From the NCBI GenBank assembly GCA_030704615.1, contig CM060733.1:45074001-45138000 (forward strand): 64,000 bases of DNA, in the 5' to 3' direction. The stretch comes from Takakia lepidozioides. Lineage: Eukaryota > Plantae > Bryophyta. This document shows positions 1-11,977 of the stretch, one piece after another. How positions within the stretch are numbered: the stretch's first letter is position 1; the number at the start of each line of letters is the position of its first letter. A program made the position numbers and the translations under genes. The notes under the pieces are model-generated. The model had not been told where the DNA came from and made no database searches. It was given only the letters and a program-made list of their open reading frames with translations.

Positions 1-546
1 TACTAACGGATCAGGGCAAGGAGTTTTGTAATCAGCTCCTCACGGTGATTTGCTTCAAACTTCGGTGTTAAGCATTCTACCACCGCCCCATACCATCCCT
101 AGACCAATGACCTCACGGAATGCTTCAACCAAACTCTTTGCCGAATGTTAGAGAAGAATGGCACACTTACCAGGGAGTGAGATACCTTTCTTCCCCATAT
201 TCTCTTTGCTTATCGCACCGCCGTGCATGCTAGCACCAAGAAGACTCTTTTTGAGTTGTTGTATGCTCGCAAGTGTGTTTCTCCTTTGCATTCTACCCCT
301 CTTATCTCTACTGTTGCTGATCCGGTTGATCTTGAGACCTTTGTTGAGGATCTTCATTCTAAGCATGCGGTGTCTATCCATGATGCCAAAACGAACATTG
401 GTAAGGCTCAGCTAACCCAAGGCCATAATTTTAACAAGCGTGTCAAGTATTCTAACATGTTTCAGGTGGGACAGACCGTGTGCATTCGATTACAGCATGG
501 CAAGCATGCATGCAAATCTAAGCTCAAGATCGACGGTCCATACTAG
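1..546 (+). mobile_element. Degenerate Ty3/Gypsy LTR-retrotransposon integrase (core and C-terminal part)
   Basis: Translation across frames gives LTDQGKEF, then HSTTAPYHP*TNDLTECFNQTLCRML, FLPHILFAYRTAVHASTKKTLFELLYAR and GPY. These match the Gypsy integrase YHPQTNG-ERFNQTL and AYRT..HAST...PFELLYG motifs. Stops and frameshifts are present. Confidence 0.9.
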
Positions 547-1017
547 ATCTATCAGATTTTACGTGGGCGACGTGCTCTCCTTCTTCCACAAGGCTCTAAT
601 ACTGAAGTGCGGGATGAACCTGTTTCCTGACTTGGTGCATTCCGAGCTAGTTTTTTATTTTACATGTATCAATGTGGAGGGGCGCACGGTGGGGTGATGT
701 CTTGATCTTCTTAGCCGATCTACTTCAGCTTGATCTTCTTCTCTTCTCAGCGGCTTAGTCTTCGTTTGCGAATGGTGACTCTTGGGGTCCTAAGACTTGA
801 CCTCTCTAGGACTTGAAAACATTTTAGTTTCATGGCATATCACCATCTGTACTCCCTGCACGGTTTTCCTAGCCAAGGGTTTTGTCCTCGGCCCAACTTG
901 TAGGTGCCAAGTTTTTCCTTGGTAGGTTTTTTACCCAGCAGTGGAGGGTGATATTTCCCTATTATTTGTTTTCCTTCGCGGAGCTCAAGATTTTTCGTGG
1001 GGGGTAGGCTTCACAGA

Positions 1018-1488
1018 TGTAAAGCCCCACATTTGCTTAGCCTAGAAATTACCCGTTTCATCCAAACGGCGATACACATCCATAGTATTAATTTTTGGCG
1101 TATAAAGCCATTAAACCGTTACAATGATATCTAGGTTAGGGTTAGTTTTGGGCTGGTGGCAACATCCTGGCCCTTCATCAGATCTAGGGCTACAAGGCGG
1201 CGCCGTGGGCTTTGGCTTGTGACGCCTAGCCACGCGGCGGGCCACTAAAGCTAGGGCTTTTGTATAAAGACGGTGCCCTGACACACAAGGTCAGGGCGGT
1301 GTACTCAGGTGTTAGTGTATATGTGATTTTGGTGTACAAGCTTTGGATGAGAGCTGCTTTGTGTCAGATCTGTGTGTTTGATCCTCCTCTCGCGCGTTGC
1401 CTGCTCTTTCCGCTCGCCCCTTTGTTGTGAAACCTTGCTTCTTGAGAGGAAAGGAGTATATGTTTCAAGCTTGTTTTAAGGCTTCACA
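1018..1488 (+). repeat. Probable 3' LTR of the Gypsy element
   Basis: Begins TGTAAAGCC and ends GGCTTCACA (TG...CA inverted ends, 8/9 match). Preceded by the purine tract GTGGGGGGTAG at about 997-1007. TATA-like TATAAA at about 1263. Lies downstream of the integrase. Confidence 0.65.
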
Positions 1489-1817
1489 GGCTGTCGCGAC
1501 AAGGAAGTTGTGGATGGCCGACCAGGCAGATCTGCGCATTGCAGGTGAAGTATTGGCTTGCTAAACCAGGGTTCATTAAGCAGTGTTGAGGGATCTTGGT
1601 ATATTCAACCCTTATTCCTTAATGCGGCAGGTAGCCTGTGCCCAAGCTCAGAAAGAGGGCATATAAAGTGAAGACCTTCAAATGGGAAAGCAGGTGCACC
1701 TCCACTTTCTCCAAACAGGACTCCACGTGGGGTGAGAGGTACCGGTTTGGGGCTGGGAAAGTTGCACCAGGAAGGAGGGAAATATACTCCATCAGTTTCA
1801 TAAGCTCTGAGACTCGA

Positions 1818-3910
1818 TAACTCAATAACAATCCTACAAAAACCACCCAGATAACTGCTCATCCAGATGCTCAGCGAAACTAAAAAGCCTTCCACCCACC
1901 CCTCCTCCACCACAACACAGCACAATCCAATCAGCAGAGTAACAAACCTGTCAAACACCCCAGAAAAACATGATGCAGCTTGCAATCGTTCATGTTTGTG
2001 ATCCAGACACTCGCCAAGGTCAAACATTTGCACGTTGCATGTTGTTGGAGGAGCAGCCGGTCAGTTTAAAACACCACATCCGTCACTGATGGGTGAACTA
2101 TGATAAGCTGATGGCTGTACGTCCAACGACGGGCAGCATGCAAGTCTTTGACCAAAGTCTAGACAAACAGACACAACCATTCACAAAAACTTCAACCCAA
2201 CAAAAACTGCCATGACAACCACTCAAAGCAAAGCCAAAAAGCCTTCTATTGAGCAGACCAAGAAAGCTTGTCCAACACCCCAAACAACGATGAGGATTGC
2301 AATGCATCTCAAGTCACGTGCCACTGTCCAGACAACCCGTGGTGCCGAGATTCCAGAAACCCGGCTACCACACCCTGCCTCTGGTAGACTATTGACCATC
2401 AGCCCCCACAGTACACTAGCCCTTCACAGTGGCTTTCTCAAGCCATACATAGGTTGGGTAGTGTGCTGTGGTGCACCCTACTGTTGGCTCAATTGGAGGG
2501 TCATTGATCCAAACCCAATATGACATAGGAAGCAAGAGAAGTTGAGAGAATGTACTCATTATCCGTTGTTTGCCGTAGCCTTGTGGCCATTGACCCCGCG
2601 CCCAGTTTGAGGGGAACACAAAGAAACAGAAATTACCTTTGTCGGGGGCCGACGCCGGTCGTATGAAACCTGGAAACATGCAATTGATTCGAGTTTTCCA
2701 GATATCCTCTAGAAATCCCTTCACACAAACATCAATCTGCTGTGTAGAGAAGTAGAGAGAGACAAAGACAGCGTGGTAACAGACAGCTGCAATCCTAGGA
2801 ATTGGGTAGGTGAGCATCTGCTTCAAAAGACCATGAAAGCAGAACTCCAGGTTAGACATGCTTGATGCCTACAGAGTGCTTCTGGAGCTATGTATAAACC
2901 ATTGACTTTCATTCCAAGAGAATTGAAGGCCTGTGTAGGCCAATAGCAAAAACTACCCATGGGTAAGTCAGCTACCAAACTTGTTCCAGCTCTGCAAAGA
3001 AGCTGTAAAACAACGTAAAGGAATTCTTTTTTCTACCTAGTTCTCAGAAGTCACTACCTTCATATGTGAAAAGCCTTTCTTCTCCATACTTCAGATTGAA
3101 CCAAACAGAACCAACGCAGTGAAGCATGGACAACATTTTGATGTCAGTTGTGATATTCATTTTGGAACAGCAATTGATCAACAAATAGGACAAAGATAAT
3201 AACAGGATTGCAGGTCCAAATCCCCTTCAATTGGGCCTGCTCCATCTACACATCTCTCATTCCATTTCTTCAGCAGCATCAACTTCACTGTTACCGCCGC
3301 CCACGCGATTATGTTTCTTGGCATATCTCTGATTCCTCAAGAAATTAGGGTCCATCTGCACCACCACACCAACAACTTCAGGAGATTTTGAACACAGCAT
3401 TTGCCAACATATATAAGGACCAAATTTCATGCAAACTCTTATACGAGGCTCCAAACTATACTTTTGTTCACTGACAGGGATTGAAGGAGATGGGACAGCT
3501 GGTTATAAGTTCCTGGCCTGGGCGAGAGATTCAACAAAACCAGCAATGAGAATGATGTAAAAGAAAATATCAAACTGGTTTCGCAGTGTAAAGCGCCCTC
3601 GGGCGGGTCATCAAGTCGTGGTCGCGGAAACTCCTCGAGGGCAGGTGCTTTACACTATGCATAAAGCATAGACTCTCGTTGCAGAAGCTTGCTGATGTAT
3701 GGTTGTCTCATACTTCAATAGCGTCACACACTTGTGCATAAAGTGACTGAGACCATCGTGATTTAGAAAGCTAGTGTGCTCTCATACGCTTAATCGGTGT
3801 GAAGTATTGACAGCAGGGGAGGCAAGAACATGAACATCTCCACAAGCGCAGCATAGTTCATGGAGAGGAACCGAGATGACTTTTACGCCTCCAACTCCTA
3901 TTCTTCAACA
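1818..3910. repeat. Segmental duplicate copy A (RPL29 intron 1, exon 2 and downstream region)
   Basis: Co-linear high identity with 21089-23620. Both start TAACTCAATAACAATCCTAC and end TTCTTCAACA. Confidence 0.95.
3257..3355 (-). pseudogene. RPL29: Orphan intact exon 2 of 60S ribosomal protein L29 (eL29); no adjacent exon 1
   Basis: TGCAG acceptor followed by MDPNFLRNQRYAKKHNRVGGGNSEVDAAEEME*, which matches the eL29 C-half ([16 protein letters not shown]). The duplicate ends at 3910, inside intron 1. Confidence 0.85.
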
Positions 3911-4445
3911 CCAGAGAGAAATCAATTTTTAATTCGAGGCACACCTGCCTTCGTGAGTTCAATGTTAGGAGCTCCTGTTCTTAAAAATCACGAATTAATG
4001 TCTTTCTTTTTCTACTCTACCGGATCGTTTGAGCCCTAGTCTCGTCGAGTAAACTTCCTAAGGTCAAGGCTATCAGTCACGTCGATTTCCAGTGAAGAAG
4101 AGCTCGAAAAGCGCATTACCACTCAGAGGGAATCGAGAGTTCAAGCCCACCTAAAGTAACTACGACCTTGAAGTATCTACTTGACAAAGGATACCACACT
4201 GACTTTAAGCCAAATTGCTTCTTGAAAGAAACGCAGCAGTATGCTTTCAGAAAATCTTGGACGGTGAAAAAAATAGCACTAACAGTGTGCTTCGGAGTGA
4301 GAACACAAAATATGTCATAAAGCCAAAAGATTACAAGACCTCCAATACCTATTAGCTGATGCATTAGATTCAAAAGAATTCTCTCTGAGCGCGTCAACAC
4401 GTTACCTAAGATATCTGCCACAGCCTGCGCACAAAAATGCATGGC

Positions 4446-4712
4446 TCAGAGCCGGGGAGAAGTGGGGATTTCATCGTAGGGGTTGTTGCGGCCCGCCAGG
4501 CGGCTGAGGCGAAGGTCCATAAGAAACTTGTGGTTGTTTTTGTCGGTGTTCCATGAGCCGTAAGCTTTCACAGGCTGCGCCCAAGCCTGCTTCATATTGT
4601 CACATTGTGCTTTGGTGGTCTGCAGATGTGTCCGCCACTTGGTATCTCTTTCCTCCGGATCTTCCATGGATCTTCTTATCCAGGCCTCCACAAACCCCGT
4701 TATGAATCCCAT
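4446..4712 (-). CDS. Small (88 aa) conserved land-plant protein of unknown function
   Basis: MGFITGFVEAWIRRSMEDPEERD...W..P...YG.W....N......GR.NPYD resembles an uncharacterised plant family recalled as MGFVMEFAE..MEDPEERD..PYGFWT..GRRDPYDD. Telo-box AAACCCTAG upstream at about 4755-4763. TATA-like site near 5180 on the minus strand. Confidence 0.75.
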   Translation of the reverse strand: MGFITGFVEAWIRRSMEDPEERDTKWRTHLQTTKAQCDNMKQAWAQPVKAYGSWNTDKNNHKFLMDLRLSRLAGRNNPYDEIPTSPRL

Positions 4713-5799
4713 GTCGTCTCTCTATGTCTCTTTCCCTCTCTCAAATTTCTCCCCCTAGGGTTTGCTCATGTGCTTTCTCCGGCACTTTCTTCGAGGTGAA
4801 AAAGGTCGGATAATTTGTCCATGACGTAAAATGTCATGGGTGATACTGCATTGGTAACAGGCATGGATCTAGGAGAGAGTGTGGTCTCATCATTTGTGCA
4901 TGCTCGACACCGTCAAAAATCCAACTAATAGAAGGCGCCATGTTGGTTTGTAACGTCTGCGGGAAGCTCAAAGAGCTTGTGGACACAAGGATAAAAGAAA
5001 CAAGAAAAAGACGGGCCACAAACAGCCTACTTGAACGAAACTTACCAAGGGTAGAGTCAGGCAACAATCAACTGCTTTTCCAGCGATGGCACACCCGAGC
5101 ACCCCCACCCAAGCTCCTCCTCTACTCCTCTACCCTCGTGCCTCCGCTGCTATGGCAGCAACACACAGTGTTGCACTTTATAAGCTCTGCTCGCATCGCC
5201 CGCTTCCTCTGCTGCCACCATCCAAGCGCGCCCACAGAAACACAAAAATGAGAACAAACTTAGAGTCGATGAAACAATCACAAGCTAAACCCTAAATTTG
5301 GCCACAAAATGGTAAGCTGACTTTTGTGATCAAACATTTCCAATCTCTTCACAGTCCCATTCTCTTCCCAATCTCTTCATATTCCCAATCCCAATCAACT
5401 CGTACCTCTTAGCTAGCTTCTAGTTGCGCGTCGCGCGTCATATCTGGCAGCTCGTCGTCCCCGCACTTCAATCTAGCCCAACGCGACCAGCCATCCCACA
5501 TGCCCGACGAAGGCGACCTCCAATCGACGGTTGTAACTTGATGTACAAAAATAATCAACGGCTACAATTAATTCAACTTTTTGCTCCGTCGTTCCCGTGT
5601 GTTGCGTTTTCTACTTCACATGTCGATTTTTTATGGACTGCAAGTTGCCGGTTTTGGATGGCCCGTACCATGCTTTGGCCCGTAAGTGGAAAGCAGGTAT
5701 AACCCTGCATGCCGACGCATGCCGCGGAGTGACGTGGCGAGATTTCACTGGCGCCCTTTTTTGGCCGCCATCGCATTAAATAGTTGCAGACCCCTCACA

Positions 5800-6860
5800 A
5801 GTGTTGTCAATATGCCGTTGCACGGACAGTCCAACAGACGGAAGGTTCAACAGAATGAAGAAGAGACTGAGGCAGACAGGATGAGTGGGACTATCGTCAG
5901 TCTGCCGTCGCCGCATTCATTAAGTCCAGCAGACTTACTCCTGATGACAAAGATGGCCGAGCAGACCCAGTACCCTCGACAACAGGCTCATATGCCACTG
6001 CAAGGATAGACTGACGACTGAGGTTAAGCGAACTGACGAAGAGACTAAGGCGAGTGCGGAGTTTGGTGCGGAGACTGATGACATGGTACGACGTGACTGG
6101 GCATCTTTACCGCGGTCGCTGCATTTATTGCGTCCAGTAGACTTAAACCTAATGACATAACGGCCGAACAGACCCACTGCAAACAAACTTGTGCAACAAC
6201 AGACTCATATGCCACTGCACGGACAGTCCAGTAGACGGAAGGTTCAATAGACCGACGAAGAGACTGGCGCAGAGTAATTTGCGCGACAACAGACTGATTT
6301 CTAACAGACTAATATCCCAAAAGACAAAGTATCCCCTAGGCGGGCGGGTGATACGGGAGTAGAGGCTGAACCGTAAACCGCACTTTCTGTCTGAGTTCGG
6401 ACGCGGCGCGAGATCACTGGCGCCTTTTCCCGCCATCGTTGCATTAATAGGTCCAGCAGACTTGCACGTGATCATAATGACGGCTCAACAGACCCAGCGC
6501 AAACAGACTTGCGCCACAACATACTGACTTTGTGACAATCTAGCTGACTGATTTCAGAAGAGACGGACAGACCAGCAGTCCGACGGCTCATCAGACTCAC
6601 GACAATGTGGATAATTAAAAGGTAGTAGTCAAACAGACTCATTATATCCGAAGAGAGGGCCTTCCAGCTGACCGACGGTTCAACAGACTGACGAGAGAAG
6701 AGACTTCGGGGATAAGACGAGATAAGACACTTCGAAATTCGGCAGGTAGTGACGGCCCAATAGTCACGCTTGGCGTCGTCGTCATGCCGTGGTTGCATTT
6801 CATCCGTCCAGCAGACTTACATATGCCCATACTCATGGCACAACACACTGCTTAGAGAAA
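5800..6860. repeat. Degenerate tandem repeats rich in AGACT/CAGAC (left part of the outer element interrupted by the MULE)
   Basis: Recurrent units GCATT..GTCCAGCAGACTT...ACGGC..ACAGACCC at about 5914, 6121, 6441 and 6795. TATGCC..TGCACGGACAGTCCA..AGACGGAAGGTTCAA occurs at about 5811 and 6208. Confidence 0.7.
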
Positions 6861-7639
6861 GTACTGATAAAGACGCAGTCGAAGAGCCTGTTGATCCATG
6901 CGCATTTGCAGTCGTAAGGACCTTGAACATCCACAAGCAACGTGAATCCACATCTCTCAGGCTACGTCTCATTTCCCATTGTCCAATTTTCAAGCAACGA
7001 CGCAATGGCGTGAGCGTTGCACGTGAGCGCGCGAGCGTACGCTCACGCAGGAGTGACGTGGCGTGAGCGTACGCTCACGCCAGCTGACGTGGCGTGAGCC
7101 TGCACACATGCTGACGTGGCGTGAGCGTCGTGTCAGCATGCTGATGTGGCGGTAAATGATGACGTGGCACTGACCGTCAACTGCCACGTCAGCATTAACA
7201 TGCGCCGCCTATAACCGTGGATGGTCCTATGACCGTGGAATTAATGCAGGGAATCTTGCCTAAATAGAATCAAGACGAGCGTTGAGGCCTACAATTGCAG
7301 CATCCAACATTGTGCAATTACAAATGTTTGTTTCACTTTTACAATTACGAAGACGACAAAATATCCTCACAAAGTGTGCGCCATAAAGGCTGCCACGAGA
7401 AGACTTCCTCCCTCCTCAAATAACAATGAGAGTTATGATCATCTTCAAAAGATGATTGTAGTGCATAGCGACAGCAAGACATGTAGACTTCGAACGGTGC
7501 AATGACAAATGTGCACTACCTAAAAGTTGTCACTCAGACCTCACTCCGTATAGTTGGAGGCCATATCATTGCACAGCCGACGAATTGATGTGAATTACAC
7601 ATTTCAAATCATGGTCATCCACATACCACATTACATAGT

Positions 7640-10600
7640 TCATGCTACCCATGTGTTGTATCCCGCTGCAAAAATAGTATCGACCTCGTTGAAACTCATA
7701 GTGGCCTGGTGAATGAAGTTGTCACGTTTGGGATCGCAAACCATCCTCCTCAAAAATATGAAATACAAATGTTTGCAGGGTATGAATTTACCTCTCTTGC
7801 CCAAACTGGTTGATAGCATATTCACAAAATCAGGACATGTGCAATTGGGGAAATTGGAAACCGTGATGTCGTAGGTCCTGTCATGAACAGCAGATGTGGA
7901 AGTGATGATTGTGAATACCCGACCATATCCTGGATCGGGTACTTCCGTGGTGCTTCCGACACGAGCTTGGAGCATTCTTGCGGACTCCACTTTGCCAAAG
8001 TGTTCAGCGGTTGGAGGGAAACGCCGAACGAGCTTTCCATCTCGTTTGGTTGGCCACAAGTCAGGATTTGCCGGGGGGACCCGGGAGGACGCATGAGTAG
8101 TAGCACATGCATGGAGTTGGGGTTGTCTCGCAAGGGAAAAACCTGCCTCCTCCAGCATTTCAATCTCCTGAAAGCTGAGATGTGTTCCCACCTTCACGGG
8201 CCAAACGGTTGGAGGAGATGGCTACCGTATGGACGAATCAAGCCCGTGAAAGTCGGAGCAGGAGTTCGGGCACCACCTCTGGATATAGATGAAGTGCACT
8301 TCTCGAAATTAGTTGCCCTGATCGCTGTACATTTCACACGAGACCCGACACTTGTGCGTTCTATGTGCCAAACGTGGTCGGGGCATGCGGACTCAAGCAC
8401 ATCAAGGGGGTTGTTTCTCTCCTGCACCATTTCAGTGGCACGGTTTGATGCTGGAGCTTGCCGTCGTGTTGGAGGTTCCTCCACAATGGAGGTTCCGGAC
8501 ACGGAGCTGTCATGCAGGGGAACACGAGGCTTCGAGAAGTTATCACGGTCTGCCCTGTGGGAATCTGAATCCGAACCAGGTGGAGTGTTCAATTTCCTCT
8601 TACAGGGACCGAATCTCTCCTCCCCTTCAAGATGTGGAACTCTAGAAACAAGTGGCGTTCCCTGGGCATACATGCTCACCGCCCCGTGCTATCTTGATTG
8701 GATCCCCAGATCTGTTTTGCAGCACGCAACATCAACTCCGATTTGTCCGGACCCTTGCCACCAACCCCACCTCGTAAGAAATCACGGTATCGGGTTTGTT
8801 GTTGCAAGGCACCGTATCAAATCATCTGTTGTTGCCACATACAAATCCCGACCTCGTTTCCCAGACTGCTGCACCATGCATTGAGCACAGTTTCTGCCAA
8901 ATGCAAGTTTTTGCAAGATGTGCATGTCTGCCATTTCCTCAATGGACATGTTCTGCAAAGAGGGATAACCACACTCAGAATAGTGCACAGGAAACAACAT
9001 AAAGAAAGCAATGAGTCAAAAATATGGAAAGCAAATGTATGAATAAAGCATGAAATAGAAGCCTCGTCGTACCATTGTCATGGCTACTCCCCACTGTCTA
9101 TACCGGAAAGTGCCCAAAACGCCAGCCAATCTTCCAATGCTCTCATACTCTCAATGATGCAGCTCCAGAAGAGAACCACCAGGCACGAATTGTCTGGAAC
9201 AAAAAGTGTCCGCCTCCTTCATTGTTCTAGCATCTTTGTACTCTTTGCACAATTTACGGTGCTGAGTCTGCATCTCTGGTGTTTGATGTCCGACTTTGTA
9301 TGTTTTTCCAGAGATTGTGTCCAATGGAATAGACATGTACGCTCTCTTCCTGGCATAGGCACTTTGTGTCGTCGCCCGATCCGAAGAACAATACGAATAG
9401 CCATTGAAATTTGCTTGAGCACTATCCGCCATGAAACCTTGCGAAATTTGGAGATGGCAAGCCCATGGCAGCCCATGACACGTATCAGGGAATTCCACAT
9501 GAGCTTCTGGGATTCCGTATCCTCGGATTGCATGTCACAAACTGCAATTGTCATAACTCGCGTTTGGTACACTGGATCGTAGACATGACAAGCCATTGTC
9601 GTCCAATCCTTCACTCGTTTCACATGATCAAACATAAGAAAACAGTTCTGCAACTCCCCAGTCTTTTGCAATTCCGCTTCACGAGGCTAACCCCACTGCC
9701 CTCCCCAACAGTCGACATTTTGAAAAGAAAAACTTTGATGGGCACCTTGACCGGGAAAATACAATTGTCCTGGATTTGTAATCGTACTTGCTTCACTCGT
9801 TTCAATGTTCCAAAAATTGTCTATGTAGCCTCTGATCCCAGAGCCCATTCTCAATGCATTGATCTGATGCCGATGTTAGGTGAACTTAAAGTGGAGAAAT
9901 GATCCTCCTGACCAGGTCCAATGCTGCAACCGTCAAGTTTAGTCCCACAGAATCTCCTTCACTCAATAATATGGCTTTCCAAGAAGGACTTGCTTGCGCC
10001 AAGAGCAATTGCAGATGTGTGTGCGAATGGGTTTCTCCCGAACTCCTGTTTGATCAACCTCGATACTGTCTCAACACTCTCCCTGTAATCCCCCTTCGAG
10101 ACAGGATGGTTATGGAATCCAAAATGCACACAAGCTCTCGTCATTGTATTCAAACGGTGGACAACATAGTGACATTCTTGCTCCGCAGAGCGCCAAGCAG
10201 GATGGCACAAGTTTGCAGATTTGCAACGACGAAAGTGTTTGCCGGTGGAGGGCAGTCCCAGGCTGAAATGGATTCTCCGCCAGACCCTCCCATTCGCTTT
10301 GATTATGAACTCCAGACTGAAGAAAGTATCTGCAAATTCAAATTATCACACCTAAGGTGTCCATTGCAAACTGTCCTCCTGAAAACAAGCTTGTCATCAT
10401 TCTGAATATTGGGATGTTTTTGTTCTGCACCACGGGTGCCCGTCGTGTTTCTTGTCCATTCCATGCATCATGATTGTTACACCTCCAACTCGCGGAGGAG
10501 GAGGCAGCTCGAATAGGTATAATCGCCATCAAAAGTCTCCGGCAAGAACTCCCACCAGCTAGGCACCTGCTTCAAAGATTCCCAATCAATTCCCTGGCAA

Positions 10601-11490
10601 CTCACTTTTGAATCCATGCCATTCCTCCCATCGCCCGCAATTTTGGCAATGACACTACAAATCTCTTCTTCATCAGCTTCTGCAACCACAGTAGGAAGGA
10701 CTGGATTTGGGAATTTCACTTATGTCATCATCGAAGAATCCGAAAGCTCAACGATTGGGAGTGGAGGAAGTCTGTTCTTTTTTCACCACCACCTCCCTCT
10801 TGTCTTCAACGACCGAAGCAGCAGTCCCGGGCGTCACATATGACCCAAGGGACTTTCGCCGAGGCTCTCCAAGTACTCTGTATCGACCAGGACGCACTCT
10901 CCACTGGCTGATATGAGCCGTCTCATCACGGTTTTGGAAAGAATATTTCACACCAACTTCCCTTTCAGATCGTAAACCTCTTTCTCCAAAAAGATGGAGC
11001 CATTCTGCAGCTGAAAACGGGTAGCCAAGACATGTTCCAGAACAATTGCAAATCCATTGTCAAGGACTTCCTGGGAGAACGGCACTGGTTTGTCGTCTGA
11101 GAAGAACTCCGCTTCAGAGGAAGCCATCTTCCTTCCTCGAGTATGTGTACCTTGCTATCGCAGATCTAGTGTAAATCGGTTTACTGCTGTCTCCAGAACA
11201 CAGTTGAAGAATGAGCAGAGCATATGGCGGAGGAAGCTCAGATAACGACTGTGCATATTCTGTTATTCATTCAGATATGCAGCCGTCCATTTTAATTACT
11301 TTTCTTGTGGGCCCAGTGGTCAGAGAATCCATAGGGGCAGTGTCGGCAACTGTTAAACCGTTAATCAGAACCTCATCAATAAACCCAATAACAAAGCCGA
11401 CTTCCTGGAAGCATGCCACAGGATCCGAGAATGGGATTGCAGATTAAGTAAATGTATCTATATACTACTACCAATGATCATGCGCACCTG
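7640..11490 (-). pseudogene. MULE-type DDE transposase with GCM/WRKY-like Zn DNA-binding domain and C-terminal SWIM finger; many frameshifts; 5' end uncertain
   Basis: N-terminal part: GHPWCRTKTS..RRTVCNGHLRCDN...ACVHFGFHNHP (GCM/WRKY-like). Catalytic region: FLMFDHVKRVKDWTTMACHVYD, CDMQSED, GFMADSAQANFN and CLFHW (the CxxH motif). SWIM: PNCTCPDF...IPCKHLYF (7640-8197). Probable intron at about 8953-9071. Confidence 0.85.
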
Positions 11491-11977
11491 GAAAGTTCCA
11501 AATGTGCAACGAATGTGGGGTTTGGATAACAAGGATGACCGTGTATGATATTCCAAAATTTGTCATCAAACTCTCGTTCATTTATATTATTTTGTTAAGA
11601 CTGCGCATCAATTTCTGGGATTCGCTGTTCTTTTTAAATATTGAACCAGTTATAATTTAGAACACGCCGTTTTGTTTTGGGCGGCACACGTCAGACATCC
11701 ATAACTGAATACGAACAGCTGTACACCAATTGCTGCATGTGCACTAATAACGAAACGACTATGTGTAACGGTCACGCGGGAGGGAATCCGATGCTTCTAG
11801 AGACACGCAAGAACACAGGCAATCCCGCAAGAAATCGGGAGTCACTGCGTTTTTCTACTTTTCGCGCTTAGAGGGAGAGTGGTAGTCAAGCTGGAGAGGG
11901 TTCCTTCTAGAATACGAAAGAGAAGAAAGTCTCTTTATTTTACTTCCCTTAGAGAGAGACGCAGAGCAAGAGAGAAA

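Noticed and set aside
5410-5440. Helitron 3' end (CTAG plus GC hairpin) as the left boundary of the outer element
   Set aside because: Spacing and flanking bases do not fit the A|TC...CTRR|T rule, and the hairpin is too short.
7883-8884. 333-aa plus-strand ORF
   Set aside because: Antisense shadow of the transposase, with no recognisable motifs.
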